In this document: piece by piece, positions 18,614 to 26,506 of the stretch
How positions within the stretch are numbered: position 1 is the stretch's first letter
Layout of the letters: every line of letters begins with the position of its first letter
IMG/VR virus record: IMGVR_UViG_3300020420_000671
Reading direction: 5' to 3' (one strand)
Origin: a virus
Lineage: Duplodnaviria; Caudoviricetes
DNA length: 64,000 bases
Translations under genes and position numbers: made by a program
The notes under the pieces: generated by a model
Database searches by the model: none
The model's input: only the letters and a program-made list of their open reading frames with translations
What the model was told of the DNA's origin: nothing

Positions 18614-20875
18614 ATGGTTGAACCATCTGAAGAATTACAGGTAGTTTTTGAAAAAGCAAATAAAGATGCTAAAAAGTTAAAACATGATTATGTTACTTTA
18701 GAGCACTTGTTTTTTGCGATGTGTTGTAGTGACAACTTTATGAAGATACTAGAAGGGTATGGAGTAACTATTACAAAACTTAAAGACGAACTACATGACT
18801 ATCTTCAAAACAAATTAGATGATATCAAGAGAACTGACGACAAGCCGTATAAACCAAAGAAAACACAAACTGTTGAAAGAGTCATGAACAGAGCTTTCAC
18901 TCAAGTCTTGTTTAGTGGTAGACAGCATATTGATATTACTGATGTATTTTTATCTATGCTTAATGAGAAAAAATCATTCAGCACATACATTGCGACAGCA
19001 AACGGAGTTAACAAAGATAAGTTTAATGAATATATTAACGCCGAATATGTTAGCACTATCGAAGATGAGGAATTAGCAGGAGTTGCCCAAAGGGCTTTAA
19101 GAGCATTTACGACTAACCTCAATACTAAAGTTACGCAAGGTAAAATAGATCCTGTAATTGGCAGACAAGACGAGCTTGAAACGATATGTTTAAGTTTAGG
19201 TAGGCGTTTAAAGAATAACGTTTTGCTAGTAGGAGATCCAGGCGTTGGTAAAACTGCTATAGCCGAAGGTTTAGCATATAGAATTGTTAACAAAGTTGTT
19301 CCTAAGTTCCTAGAAGAATATAGTGTTTACAATCTAGATATAGGCTCAATGTTAGCAGGCTCTAAATATAGAGGAGACTTTGAAGAAAGATTTAAATTAG
19401 TTATGTCAGCTATTAAAAAGCAAGGCAAAACAATAGTATTCATTGATGAAGCACACATGATTAACGGTGCTGGTGCTGGTGGCGGAAACAGCTCAAATGA
19501 TTTGGCCAATATGTTGAAACCAGCTCTAGGTAAAGGTGACATCAAGGTTGTTGCTTCAACCACTTGGGAAGAATATAGAAAATACTTTGAGAAAGATAGA
19601 GCACTAATGCGTAGATTTCAACGTGTAAGTGTTGATGAACCTGATAAGAAAACTTCAGAAGATATCCTTAAAGGTATTAAAAAGTATTACGAGGACTTTC
19701 ATAACGTAGTAATTACAGATGAGGCGATTGACGAGTCAATCAAATTAAGTGTCAAATACATGACTGATAAAAAATTACCTGATAAAGCTATTGACTTGAT
19801 TGATCTAGCATGTTCAAGATTTAATTTGAAAGAAAAAGTACCGGAAGTTAAGACTGTAACTCCTGAAGAAATAAAGTTCGAACTTGCTAAGGTAGTAAAT
19901 TTACCTCCAGAACAAATACAACAAAAAGAAACAAATAATTTAAGTAAACTTAATAAAAACTTAAAACTAAATGTATATGGCCAGGATAATGCTATAGATG
20001 AAATAGTTGATAAGATCTTGGTAGCACAGGCAGGACTTAAATCAGAAGATAAACCAATTGGTTCATTTGTTTTCATGGGTCCAACTGGTGTAGGTAAAAC
20101 TGAATTAGCAAAACAATTGGCTAAACATTTAAGCATTAATTTAGCAAGATTTGATATGAGTGAATATCAAGAGAAACATAGTGTAAGTAAGCTGATTGGT
20201 TCACCTCCAGGATATGTTGGTCATGATGAACATTCAGGACAGTTGATTAATAAACTACAGGAACATCCTAATTGTGTATTGTTACTAGATGAAGTAGAAA
20301 AAGCACATCCTGATATTTCGCAAATTCTATTACAGTTAATGGATAACGGAAAAATTACAGGTAGTGACGGTAAAGAAGCAGACGCTAGAAATTGTATTTT
20401 AATATTAACAACTAATCTTGGTGCTGAGCAGGCAGAAAAAAATACAATAGGATTTAGTCAAGATATGGATATCGCTTATGGAGATGAGGAATTTAAAAGA
20501 TTCTTTGCTCCTGAATTTAGAAATAGACTTGACGGTGTTGTTGTGTTTGGAAAACTAGACAAACCAATTATGTTAAAAATTGTTGGAAAATTCCTAGTTG
20601 AGTTGAGAAATATGTTAACGGATAAAAATGTAAAATGTGAAATATCTGATTCTGCTTTAGATCATCTAGTCGATAATGGGTTTGATAGCAAGATGGGTGC
20701 TAGACCTATGCAGAGATACATAGACAAAAACATTAAACGTCCTTTAAGTAAATTACTGTTGTTCGGTGAATTAAAAGATGGCGGCACAGTAAAAATTGAT
20801 ATTGAAAAAGATCAAATAAAACTTATTCCACTAGAAAAAAAGGTCACCCATGTTACTGAAAAAGAAAACAGCTAG
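18614..20875 (+). CDS. clpA: ClpA-type Hsp100 ATPase
   Basis: Clp-N domain, two AAA+ modules (GDPGVGKT, GPTGVGKT), no ClpB middle domain, IGF loop (NTIGF), GARPM. Confidence 0.92.
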   Translation: MVEPSEELQVVFEKANKDAKKLKHDYVTLEHLFFAMCCSDNFMKILEGYGVTITKLKDELHDYLQNKLDDIKRTDDKPYKPKKTQTVERVMNRAFTQVLFSGRQHIDITDVFLSMLNEKKSFSTYIATANGVNKDKFNEYINAEYVSTIEDEELAGVAQRALRAFTTNLNTKVTQGKIDPVIGRQDELETICLSLGRRLKNNVLLVGDPGVGKTAIAEGLAYRIVNKVVPKFLEEYSVYNLDIGSMLAGSKYRGDFEERFKLVMSAIKKQGKTIVFIDEAHMINGAGAGGGNSSNDLANMLKPALGKGDIKVVASTTWEEYRKYFEKDRALMRRFQRVSVDEPDKKTSEDILKGIKKYYEDFHNVVITDEAIDESIKLSVKYMTDKKLPDKAIDLIDLACSRFNLKEKVPEVKTVTPEEIKFELAKVVNLPPEQIQQKETNNLSKLNKNLKLNVYGQDNAIDEIVDKILVAQAGLKSEDKPIGSFVFMGPTGVGKTELAKQLAKHLSINLARFDMSEYQEKHSVSKLIGSPPGYVGHDEHSGQLINKLQEHPNCVLLLDEVEKAHPDISQILLQLMDNGKITGSDGKEADARNCILILTTNLGAEQAEKNTIGFSQDMDIAYGDEEFKRFFAPEFRNRLDGVVVFGKLDKPIMLKIVGKFLVELRNMLTDKNVKCEISDSALDHLVDNGFDSKMGARPMQRYIDKNIKRPLSKLLLFGELKDGGTVKIDIEKDQIKLIPLEKKVTHVTEKENS

Positions 20876-21533
20876 TCTCTTTTACAACAAGTATCTTTAT
20901 AAGCTAAGACTACGTAACCCTATTGGTGCTATTTTTAGGGGTATGAATCTAGGATTTGCTAAACAAAAGCTAGATGAAATGCAAAGAGATGCTGAAGCAG
21001 ATATATCAATTAAGAGTCCATTCCGTGTTTGGCGTGGTGAATCGAAACACATTAGCTTAGAATTGTTCATGGATAATTGCGTAATTTATTCTTTTTTAGA
21101 GAATAACAAGGCAAAAGCATCAGTACGTTGTGAAGGACAAAAACTCGATATCTATTCCAACGAACCTAATTGGTTATTGGAACTAGCAGAAAAAATTGGA
21201 GCAATTGAATTCCATGAGCCTGCCACAGATGATATAGCAAATTTTTTAGCTAACAATGCTGTAAACACAGTAGTTACAGATAAAGACAATGAATGGCCTT
21301 ACAAAGCCTTTTTAGCAAAAAGAGTTGATAGTAGATTTGCTGATTTTTGTAGACAAAATTCAAAGCACATAAAAATAGGAAACAGAGCATTAAGGGCTAT
21401 AGAAAAAGACCATTGGACACAAGGTTTTTACTTTAGATGTAAAACAGAAAAATATCTTATGTTAGCTAAGATAGCCGCAGGAACTGGAATTACCAAAGTC
21501 ATCAAATATGTTAGCGAGAACGATTTGGCATAA
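20850..21533 (+). CDS. Hypothetical phage protein
   Basis: 227-aa ORF overlapping the clpA end. Confidence 0.65.
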   Translation: MLLKKKTASLFYNKYLYKLRLRNPIGAIFRGMNLGFAKQKLDEMQRDAEADISIKSPFRVWRGESKHISLELFMDNCVIYSFLENNKAKASVRCEGQKLDIYSNEPNWLLELAEKIGAIEFHEPATDDIANFLANNAVNTVVTDKDNEWPYKAFLAKRVDSRFADFCRQNSKHIKIGNRALRAIEKDHWTQGFYFRCKTEKYLMLAKIAAGTGITKVIKYVSENDLA

Positions 21534-21536
21534 ATA
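21529..21536 (+). promoter_or_regulatory. Late promoter CATAAATA
   Basis: ATG begins 6 nt after the box; no SD. Confidence 0.55.
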
Positions 21537-21541
21537 CTTGT

Positions 21542-21883
21542 ATGCCAAGTAGTAGTGAAATAATTTTATCAGCAAACACACATCCTGGAGATAGCACGAC
21601 TGAAACTATCACAGGAAGTAACTTTCGTGGTGATGGTTATTACGGTAGAGCAGACGGTTTACACACCGTAATGTATGATTATACCGGTTTAACTGGAACA
21701 ATTACCATACAAGGAACGTTAGCTACAACACCAACAGATTCTGATTGGTTTGACGTAGATTCTATTACTGCGTCAACAGAAACAGCAATCAAGTATGCTA
21801 ATTTTACTGGTAACTTTGTTTACATTAGAGCTAAGGTTGTATACACAGACGGTACAATAAATAGTATCAGAATGAATCATTAA
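21542..21883 (+). CDS. Beta-rich hypothetical (possibly virion) protein
   Basis: Late box, Thr/Gly-rich all-beta composition. Confidence 0.55.
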   Translation: MPSSSEIILSANTHPGDSTTETITGSNFRGDGYYGRADGLHTVMYDYTGLTGTITIQGTLATTPTDSDWFDVDSITASTETAIKYANFTGNFVYIRAKVVYTDGTINSIRMNH

Positions 21884-21892
21884 GGAAGTGCT

Positions 21893-22159
21893 ATGGAAAA
21901 CTTTATCAACATCGTTTTTGACACAAAGCAAGAAGTAGATGACATAGTTGTCTCTGAAGTAGCAACATCAGCATCAAATGCCTTACTAGAAGAAGAAACA
22001 GGCTACGAGCTGTACGACACAAACGATGGCAAAACAGTTCTAACAGTTGAAACACATGTACAACTAGATGAACAAGCGTCAAATGATGTGGCAAAGAAAA
22101 TAGCAAATAAATTATTTGATTTAGGATATAATAACTTTGACATTGAAGTGAGTGTCTAA
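21893..22159 (+). CDS. Acidic hypothetical protein
   Basis: AAGGAAG SD; coupled to the next gene. Confidence 0.6.
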   Translation: MENFINIVFDTKQEVDDIVVSEVATSASNALLEEETGYELYDTNDGKTVLTVETHVQLDEQASNDVAKKIANKLFDLGYNNFDIEVSV

Positions 22160-23229
22160 TGCGTTTTTATCATTTTAAACTAGACGAAAAGGTTCGACCG
22201 CCACGTCCTCAGACTGGTTTAGATCCTGAGCGTCTAAAAAAAATTGATAGAATTACACGTAAACTACAAAGCGATCCTGAACTAGTAGATGAAATTTTTA
22301 CCCAGATAAGCACTAAAGCAAAAGACATAGAAGGCAATTTTATTAATAGATTTATAGCTATGTTGAATCCGGATAATACTAGACCGGAAGCAGATCAAGC
22401 ATTTTCAAACTTTTTAAGAAAGTATGCTGAAGTTATTTCCGAAGTTGAAAGTACAACAGAAGAAAAATTTGCTTTTATTGGTAATCTAGGAAAGAAAAGC
22501 TATGTAGACACAGGTAAACTTTTAAAGCCAGGAAAGTCAAGCTGGGACGATTGGTTAGCAAATGACGACTTTGCCAGAAAATTATTTGACCATGCGTTCG
22601 GCGATCCAAGACTTACTACTGACAATAAGGGTCCAGGCGAAGCGGCCCTGGCTATTCTTTCTCCAGATATAAAATTATCAATTGGCGGAAGTGGTGACAT
22701 AGAAGTAAAAAATACACCAGTTGAAGTAAAAGCGGCGGCTGGACAAAGCACAGGTGCTGGAAGGCTTACTCCAACAAAAAACACTCTCGGTAATTATGAT
22801 TCTAAGGTAGTAGCTAAAATGTTATTTCCAAACGATCAAACCAAGCAAGATGCGTTAAATCAAAATTATAGAAACTGTTCAGCAAATATTTTTGGTAAAT
22901 TTGTAGAAGATTTTCAACTAGAGACTAATCAAGTACAAACTTTACTATCTAATATATTCAAAGAAGAAAGCATACAAGACATGGTTTCTAAGGTTGCGGC
23001 AAAGGGTAAAAACATAACTGGAAAAGACCTTCTTGGATTAAGCATTTACAATTACGGTAGATCACAAAATGATGAACATTTTTTAATACTTGTTAAGTCC
23101 ACTAGATCCAGCTTATATTTCCAGATAGACAATTGGGATCAGCCTGGTCTACAATTTGGTTTAACTGTGTTTGGAAGCGATGCACGTACTGTAGGTCAAA
23201 CGCAAATTGGAATCTTAAAGAGAGCTTAA
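22159..23229 (+). CDS. Putative PD-(D/E)XK nuclease-like protein with capsid-targeting-like leader
   Basis: Leader MRFYHFKLDE; GPGEAAL...GDIEV...VEVK motif triad. Confidence 0.5.
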   Translation: MRFYHFKLDEKVRPPRPQTGLDPERLKKIDRITRKLQSDPELVDEIFTQISTKAKDIEGNFINRFIAMLNPDNTRPEADQAFSNFLRKYAEVISEVESTTEEKFAFIGNLGKKSYVDTGKLLKPGKSSWDDWLANDDFARKLFDHAFGDPRLTTDNKGPGEAALAILSPDIKLSIGGSGDIEVKNTPVEVKAAAGQSTGAGRLTPTKNTLGNYDSKVVAKMLFPNDQTKQDALNQNYRNCSANIFGKFVEDFQLETNQVQTLLSNIFKEESIQDMVSKVAAKGKNITGKDLLGLSIYNYGRSQNDEHFLILVKSTRSSLYFQIDNWDQPGLQFGLTVFGSDARTVGQTQIGILKRA

Positions 23230-23577
23230 ATTTTTTTCTCTATCTAAAAACTTATATTCAACTTTTTCTGGTTCAAACTGCTGTAAGGCATCAAATACTT
23301 TTTGTATATCTAAAGGACCGCATGTATAAACATCTAATTGTATTAACCCAGGTTTACATTCATCCCAAACATGTATAGCAACATGACTGGTTTCTATAAC
23401 AGTCACACAGGTAATACCTCTATTGCCTTCCATATCGCAATACTTTGCGTAGGGACCTAGCATGATTCTCATGCCTATTGACTCTATTAAACTTTTTGCC
23501 CAACCCACTATTTGATGTTCGTTATTAGGTGGATTCTTTACTTCTGACCTAACAATCAGATGCTTGTGCTGTAACAT
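23215..23577 (-). CDS. speD: Pyruvoyl-dependent S-adenosylmethionine decarboxylase family
   Basis: KHLI..., VIETSHVAIHVW, LDVYTCG. Confidence 0.85.
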   Translation of the reverse strand: MLQHKHLIVRSEVKNPPNNEHQIVGWAKSLIESIGMRIMLGPYAKYCDMEGNRGITCVTVIETSHVAIHVWDECKPGLIQLDVYTCGPLDIQKVFDALQQFEPEKVEYKFLDREKNLSSL

Positions 23578-23672
23578 AAGCGTATCCTTTTTAGGTTCTA
23601 CTTATCTCGAACTAACTTTTGTATTTACATATATTGATAAATACTTTATAATAACGTATACAAGGTGTTATC

Positions 23673-24542
23673 ATGACAAAAACATTTAAAGATTATCTAA
23701 AAGAAAGCGGTTTACAGTACTATACTGGTGTTAAAAAACACGGTGAAGAGTACATGAAAAAAGCGGCTAAAGCAGGTCGTGAAGGAGCTAGCCAAGAAGA
23801 ACTAGGACGCCTAAAGGACAAATACAGTAAAGCAGAAAAGAATAAAAAAACTACTGAAGCTGATATGCAACGTGGCATGGGTGCTTTAGATAAATTTAGA
23901 GAATTATATAGAAAAGGTATTGGCACAAATGATGACGAAGTTGTTTTGAAAGAGTTGATTGACGTAATTAATGATGATACTTTACAAGATGATTTTCCAC
24001 AACTTAAATCTTTTACAAGTGCATCACCGTTTGACGACTCAGAGATAGTCCAAGCAAAAGATGTACCTGGAAATAGTGCTGATGAAAAAATTATGTCACT
24101 CATAAAAGCAATTGATGATGATTCATGGGTAGATGGTTTCGCTCAAATGTTGACGAAAGATTTCAACATGAGTGATAATGAAGAACTTGATAGAGTTCAG
24201 GAACTTGCTGGTGTACAAACAAATGAAGAAACATATGATGGAGATGATTTCTATAATAACTATGGTGACATGTGGTACAACGAAGATGAGATCATGGACG
24301 AAGCAGAATATCAAGGACGTAAAGTAAAGCTAGGCAAACCAATGCGTGGCGATGTAAAAAAGTTCAAAGTATACGTTAAAGATCCAAAAACTAAAAATGT
24401 TAAAAAAGTAAACTTTGGTGATCCTAACATGAAAATTAAAAAATCTAATCCGGCACGTAGAAGAAGTTTCCGTGCTAGACACAACTGTGATAATCCAGGA
24501 CCAAGAACAAAAGCTAGATATTGGTCATGTAGGAAATGGTAA
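23673..24542 (+). CDS. Putative internal head protein (T4-like CTS) with C-terminal basic two-Cys module
   Basis: MTKTFKDYLKE closely resembles T4 IP leaders; late box GATAAATA at 23636; C-terminal AEYQGRKVKLGKP...RYWSCRKW. Confidence 0.6.
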   Translation: MTKTFKDYLKESGLQYYTGVKKHGEEYMKKAAKAGREGASQEELGRLKDKYSKAEKNKKTTEADMQRGMGALDKFRELYRKGIGTNDDEVVLKELIDVINDDTLQDDFPQLKSFTSASPFDDSEIVQAKDVPGNSADEKIMSLIKAIDDDSWVDGFAQMLTKDFNMSDNEELDRVQELAGVQTNEETYDGDDFYNNYGDMWYNEDEIMDEAEYQGRKVKLGKPMRGDVKKFKVYVKDPKTKNVKKVNFGDPNMKIKKSNPARRRSFRARHNCDNPGPRTKARYWSCRKW

Positions 24543-24896
24543 ATGAAAATATTTGAAATTTTTAATAAAGAAATAGAAGATAAAATGCCCTACGATGTAG
24601 TAGATGACGTTCATTTTCATTTGCTTAATGACGATATGTTTTATAGAAAATATTATCTTCCGTGTATGGAAAAAATAAGAGCAGAGAAAAATGAAAAAGT
24701 GATTCAAGGTCATATGGATCCTATGATCCATAAAGGAATCAATCATTATGTTATAAAATATGACATAGATAAAACACCCACTGATTTAATGACTCCAGAG
24801 GAAGTAAAATCATTAAAGGACAGGGTTTTGGATCACGAACGAAATCCTGATAAGGAGTTACAAAGTGCACCTGAGACAGATATTCGAAGACCGTAA
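24543..24896 (+). CDS. Putative internal head protein
   Basis: Leader MKIFEIFNKE. Confidence 0.5.
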   Translation: MKIFEIFNKEIEDKMPYDVVDDVHFHLLNDDMFYRKYYLPCMEKIRAEKNEKVIQGHMDPMIHKGINHYVIKYDIDKTPTDLMTPEEVKSLKDRVLDHERNPDKELQSAPETDIRRP

Positions 24897-25749
24897 AACG
24901 GCTGTCTTTGCTTTAGGTAGACTGAATCCAGCTACCATTGGCCATGAAAGACTAGTTAACAAAATCAAAGAACAAAAAGGTGATCCTTTCCTTTTCTTAA
25001 CTGACCGACCATCAAAATTACCTGACGATCCTTTAGCACCGCAAGAAAAATTAGAGTGGGCACAAAAAAGTTTTGACGGAATACAAATTAGATTAGCAAA
25101 AACAATAGCTACAGCGGCAAATCAATTATATAGACAAGGTTACAATGAAATTACATTCTTAGAAGGTGAAGATAAATTATTTAATATACTTAAAAATTAC
25201 AACGGAAAGTTTGATGGCAAAAAAGGTCCTATTGAATTTCCCTTTAAGTTCGATAAATTAAATTACGTTAGGCTAGAAAGAAATGCTGACGATCCTGGTG
25301 CTTCAGGAATGAGTGCTACAAAGCTAAGACAATTTGCTCAAAATAATGATCTAGAAAAATTTACTTCAGGACTAGCTCAAAAGGCACAACCAAATGCGGA
25401 AAAAATGATGCGTCAGTTACAAGGAGCATTAGGTGTTGATCCTGTTGAAGAAGATTTACAAGAGCTAGAAGTAAAACAGCAAAAACCAAAGATAGATGTA
25501 TTGAATAACATTGCCGCAAGGACAGATGGAAGACCTTTTCCTTTGAGTTGGAACGCAGGTAAAGATGAAATATCAGTTGGAGGTAAAATGTTTGTATCTC
25601 CAAAGACAGCAAATAAATTTTTACGTTTCTTCGATAATCAAGAAAAGGAAAATCAAGAACTTATGAAAAAAGCACTAGGAAGTGCTAAAACAGCCGCTCA
25701 GCTTTTTAAAAATTTAGGCTTTGAATTTAAACTTGATATGGAGAGATAA
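24865..25749 (+). CDS. HIGH-superfamily nucleotidyltransferase (cytidyltransferase-like) with CTS-like leader
   Basis: GTG start after AAGGAG; MHLRQIFE; GRLNPATIGH (HIGH-like) and GMSATKLR (KMSKS-like). Confidence 0.75.
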   Translation: MHLRQIFEDRKTAVFALGRLNPATIGHERLVNKIKEQKGDPFLFLTDRPSKLPDDPLAPQEKLEWAQKSFDGIQIRLAKTIATAANQLYRQGYNEITFLEGEDKLFNILKNYNGKFDGKKGPIEFPFKFDKLNYVRLERNADDPGASGMSATKLRQFAQNNDLEKFTSGLAQKAQPNAEKMMRQLQGALGVDPVEEDLQELEVKQQKPKIDVLNNIAARTDGRPFPLSWNAGKDEISVGGKMFVSPKTANKFLRFFDNQEKENQELMKKALGSAKTAAQLFKNLGFEFKLDMER

Positions 25750-25961
25750 TGGATATTAAAACTCTTCAAAAACTTGCTGGCATAAATGAATTTCAAGGTT
25801 ACAGACCTGTTAGCATAGAAAATATGAGTCATACTGCTAGTGCTTTGAAGGCAAAGGAAAAGCGTTTAGGAGTAAAACCAGGCGATCGCGATTGGTTCAA
25901 GTTGTGGTTTAACTTACCTTACCTTACTGGTCCTGCTCAATTTAGGAGTAGAAAGAAATGA
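25749..25961 (+). CDS. Small putative internal head protein
   Basis: MDIKTLQKLAGINE; basic remainder. Confidence 0.55.
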   Translation: MDIKTLQKLAGINEFQGYRPVSIENMSHTASALKAKEKRLGVKPGDRDWFKLWFNLPYLTGPAQFRSRKK

Positions 25962-26506
25962 AAATAAGACAAATTTTTGAAGCAGTTGAAGGTAAACTAG
26001 AACTAACAAAATTGCCTTATAAAACAGGAGATCTTTCTCCAGTTCTTTCTAAGGACAATGTAGAATATCATTATAATGTGCTATCCAAAGGATATGTAAA
26101 TAGATATAATAATCAAGAAGGTGATCCAAAATTTAATTATGGTGGTGCTATGTTACACAATTTATTTTGGTCACAACTAAAGAAACCAGCAGGGTCAAAT
26201 TTACCTACAGGAGCAATTAAAAATTTAATTGAAGAAAACCATGAAGACTATTCTACGTTTAAAAATAGCGTGGTAGTTTTAGCAATGGGTATACAAGGTA
26301 GTGGTTGGGTCTATCTATCAAAAAACGGAGATCTTAAAACAACTCCTAATCAAAGTTATAAAACAGATATACTAATGCCTATAGATATGTGGGAACATAG
26401 TTTTACTGATTATATTCCGGCAAAAGATGCTAAGAAAAAGTATTTACAAAACATATTTAAGATAGTAAACTGGGACGTAATAAACAATAGGATAGACGGA
26501 AAATGA
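25958..26506 (+). CDS. Fe/Mn superoxide dismutase with CTS-like leader
   Basis: MKIRQIFEAVE; LPYKTGDLSPVLS, YHY, LHNLFW, GSGWVYL, DMWEH (all four metal ligands present). Confidence 0.88.
   Translation: MKIRQIFEAVEGKLELTKLPYKTGDLSPVLSKDNVEYHYNVLSKGYVNRYNNQEGDPKFNYGGAMLHNLFWSQLKKPAGSNLPTGAIKNLIEENHEDYSTFKNSVVVLAMGIQGSGWVYLSKNGDLKTTPNQSYKTDILMPIDMWEHSFTDYIPAKDAKKKYLQNIFKIVNWDVINNRIDGK

Noticed and set aside
18614-20875. ClpB disaggregase assignment
   Set aside because: No coiled-coil middle domain and an IGF loop is present, so it is ClpA-type.
24865-25749. Complete NAD-reconstitution (NARP) operon
   Set aside because: No adjacent PRPP-synthetase-like or nicotinamide phosphoribosyltransferase gene is seen; only the nucleotidyltransferase fold is supported.
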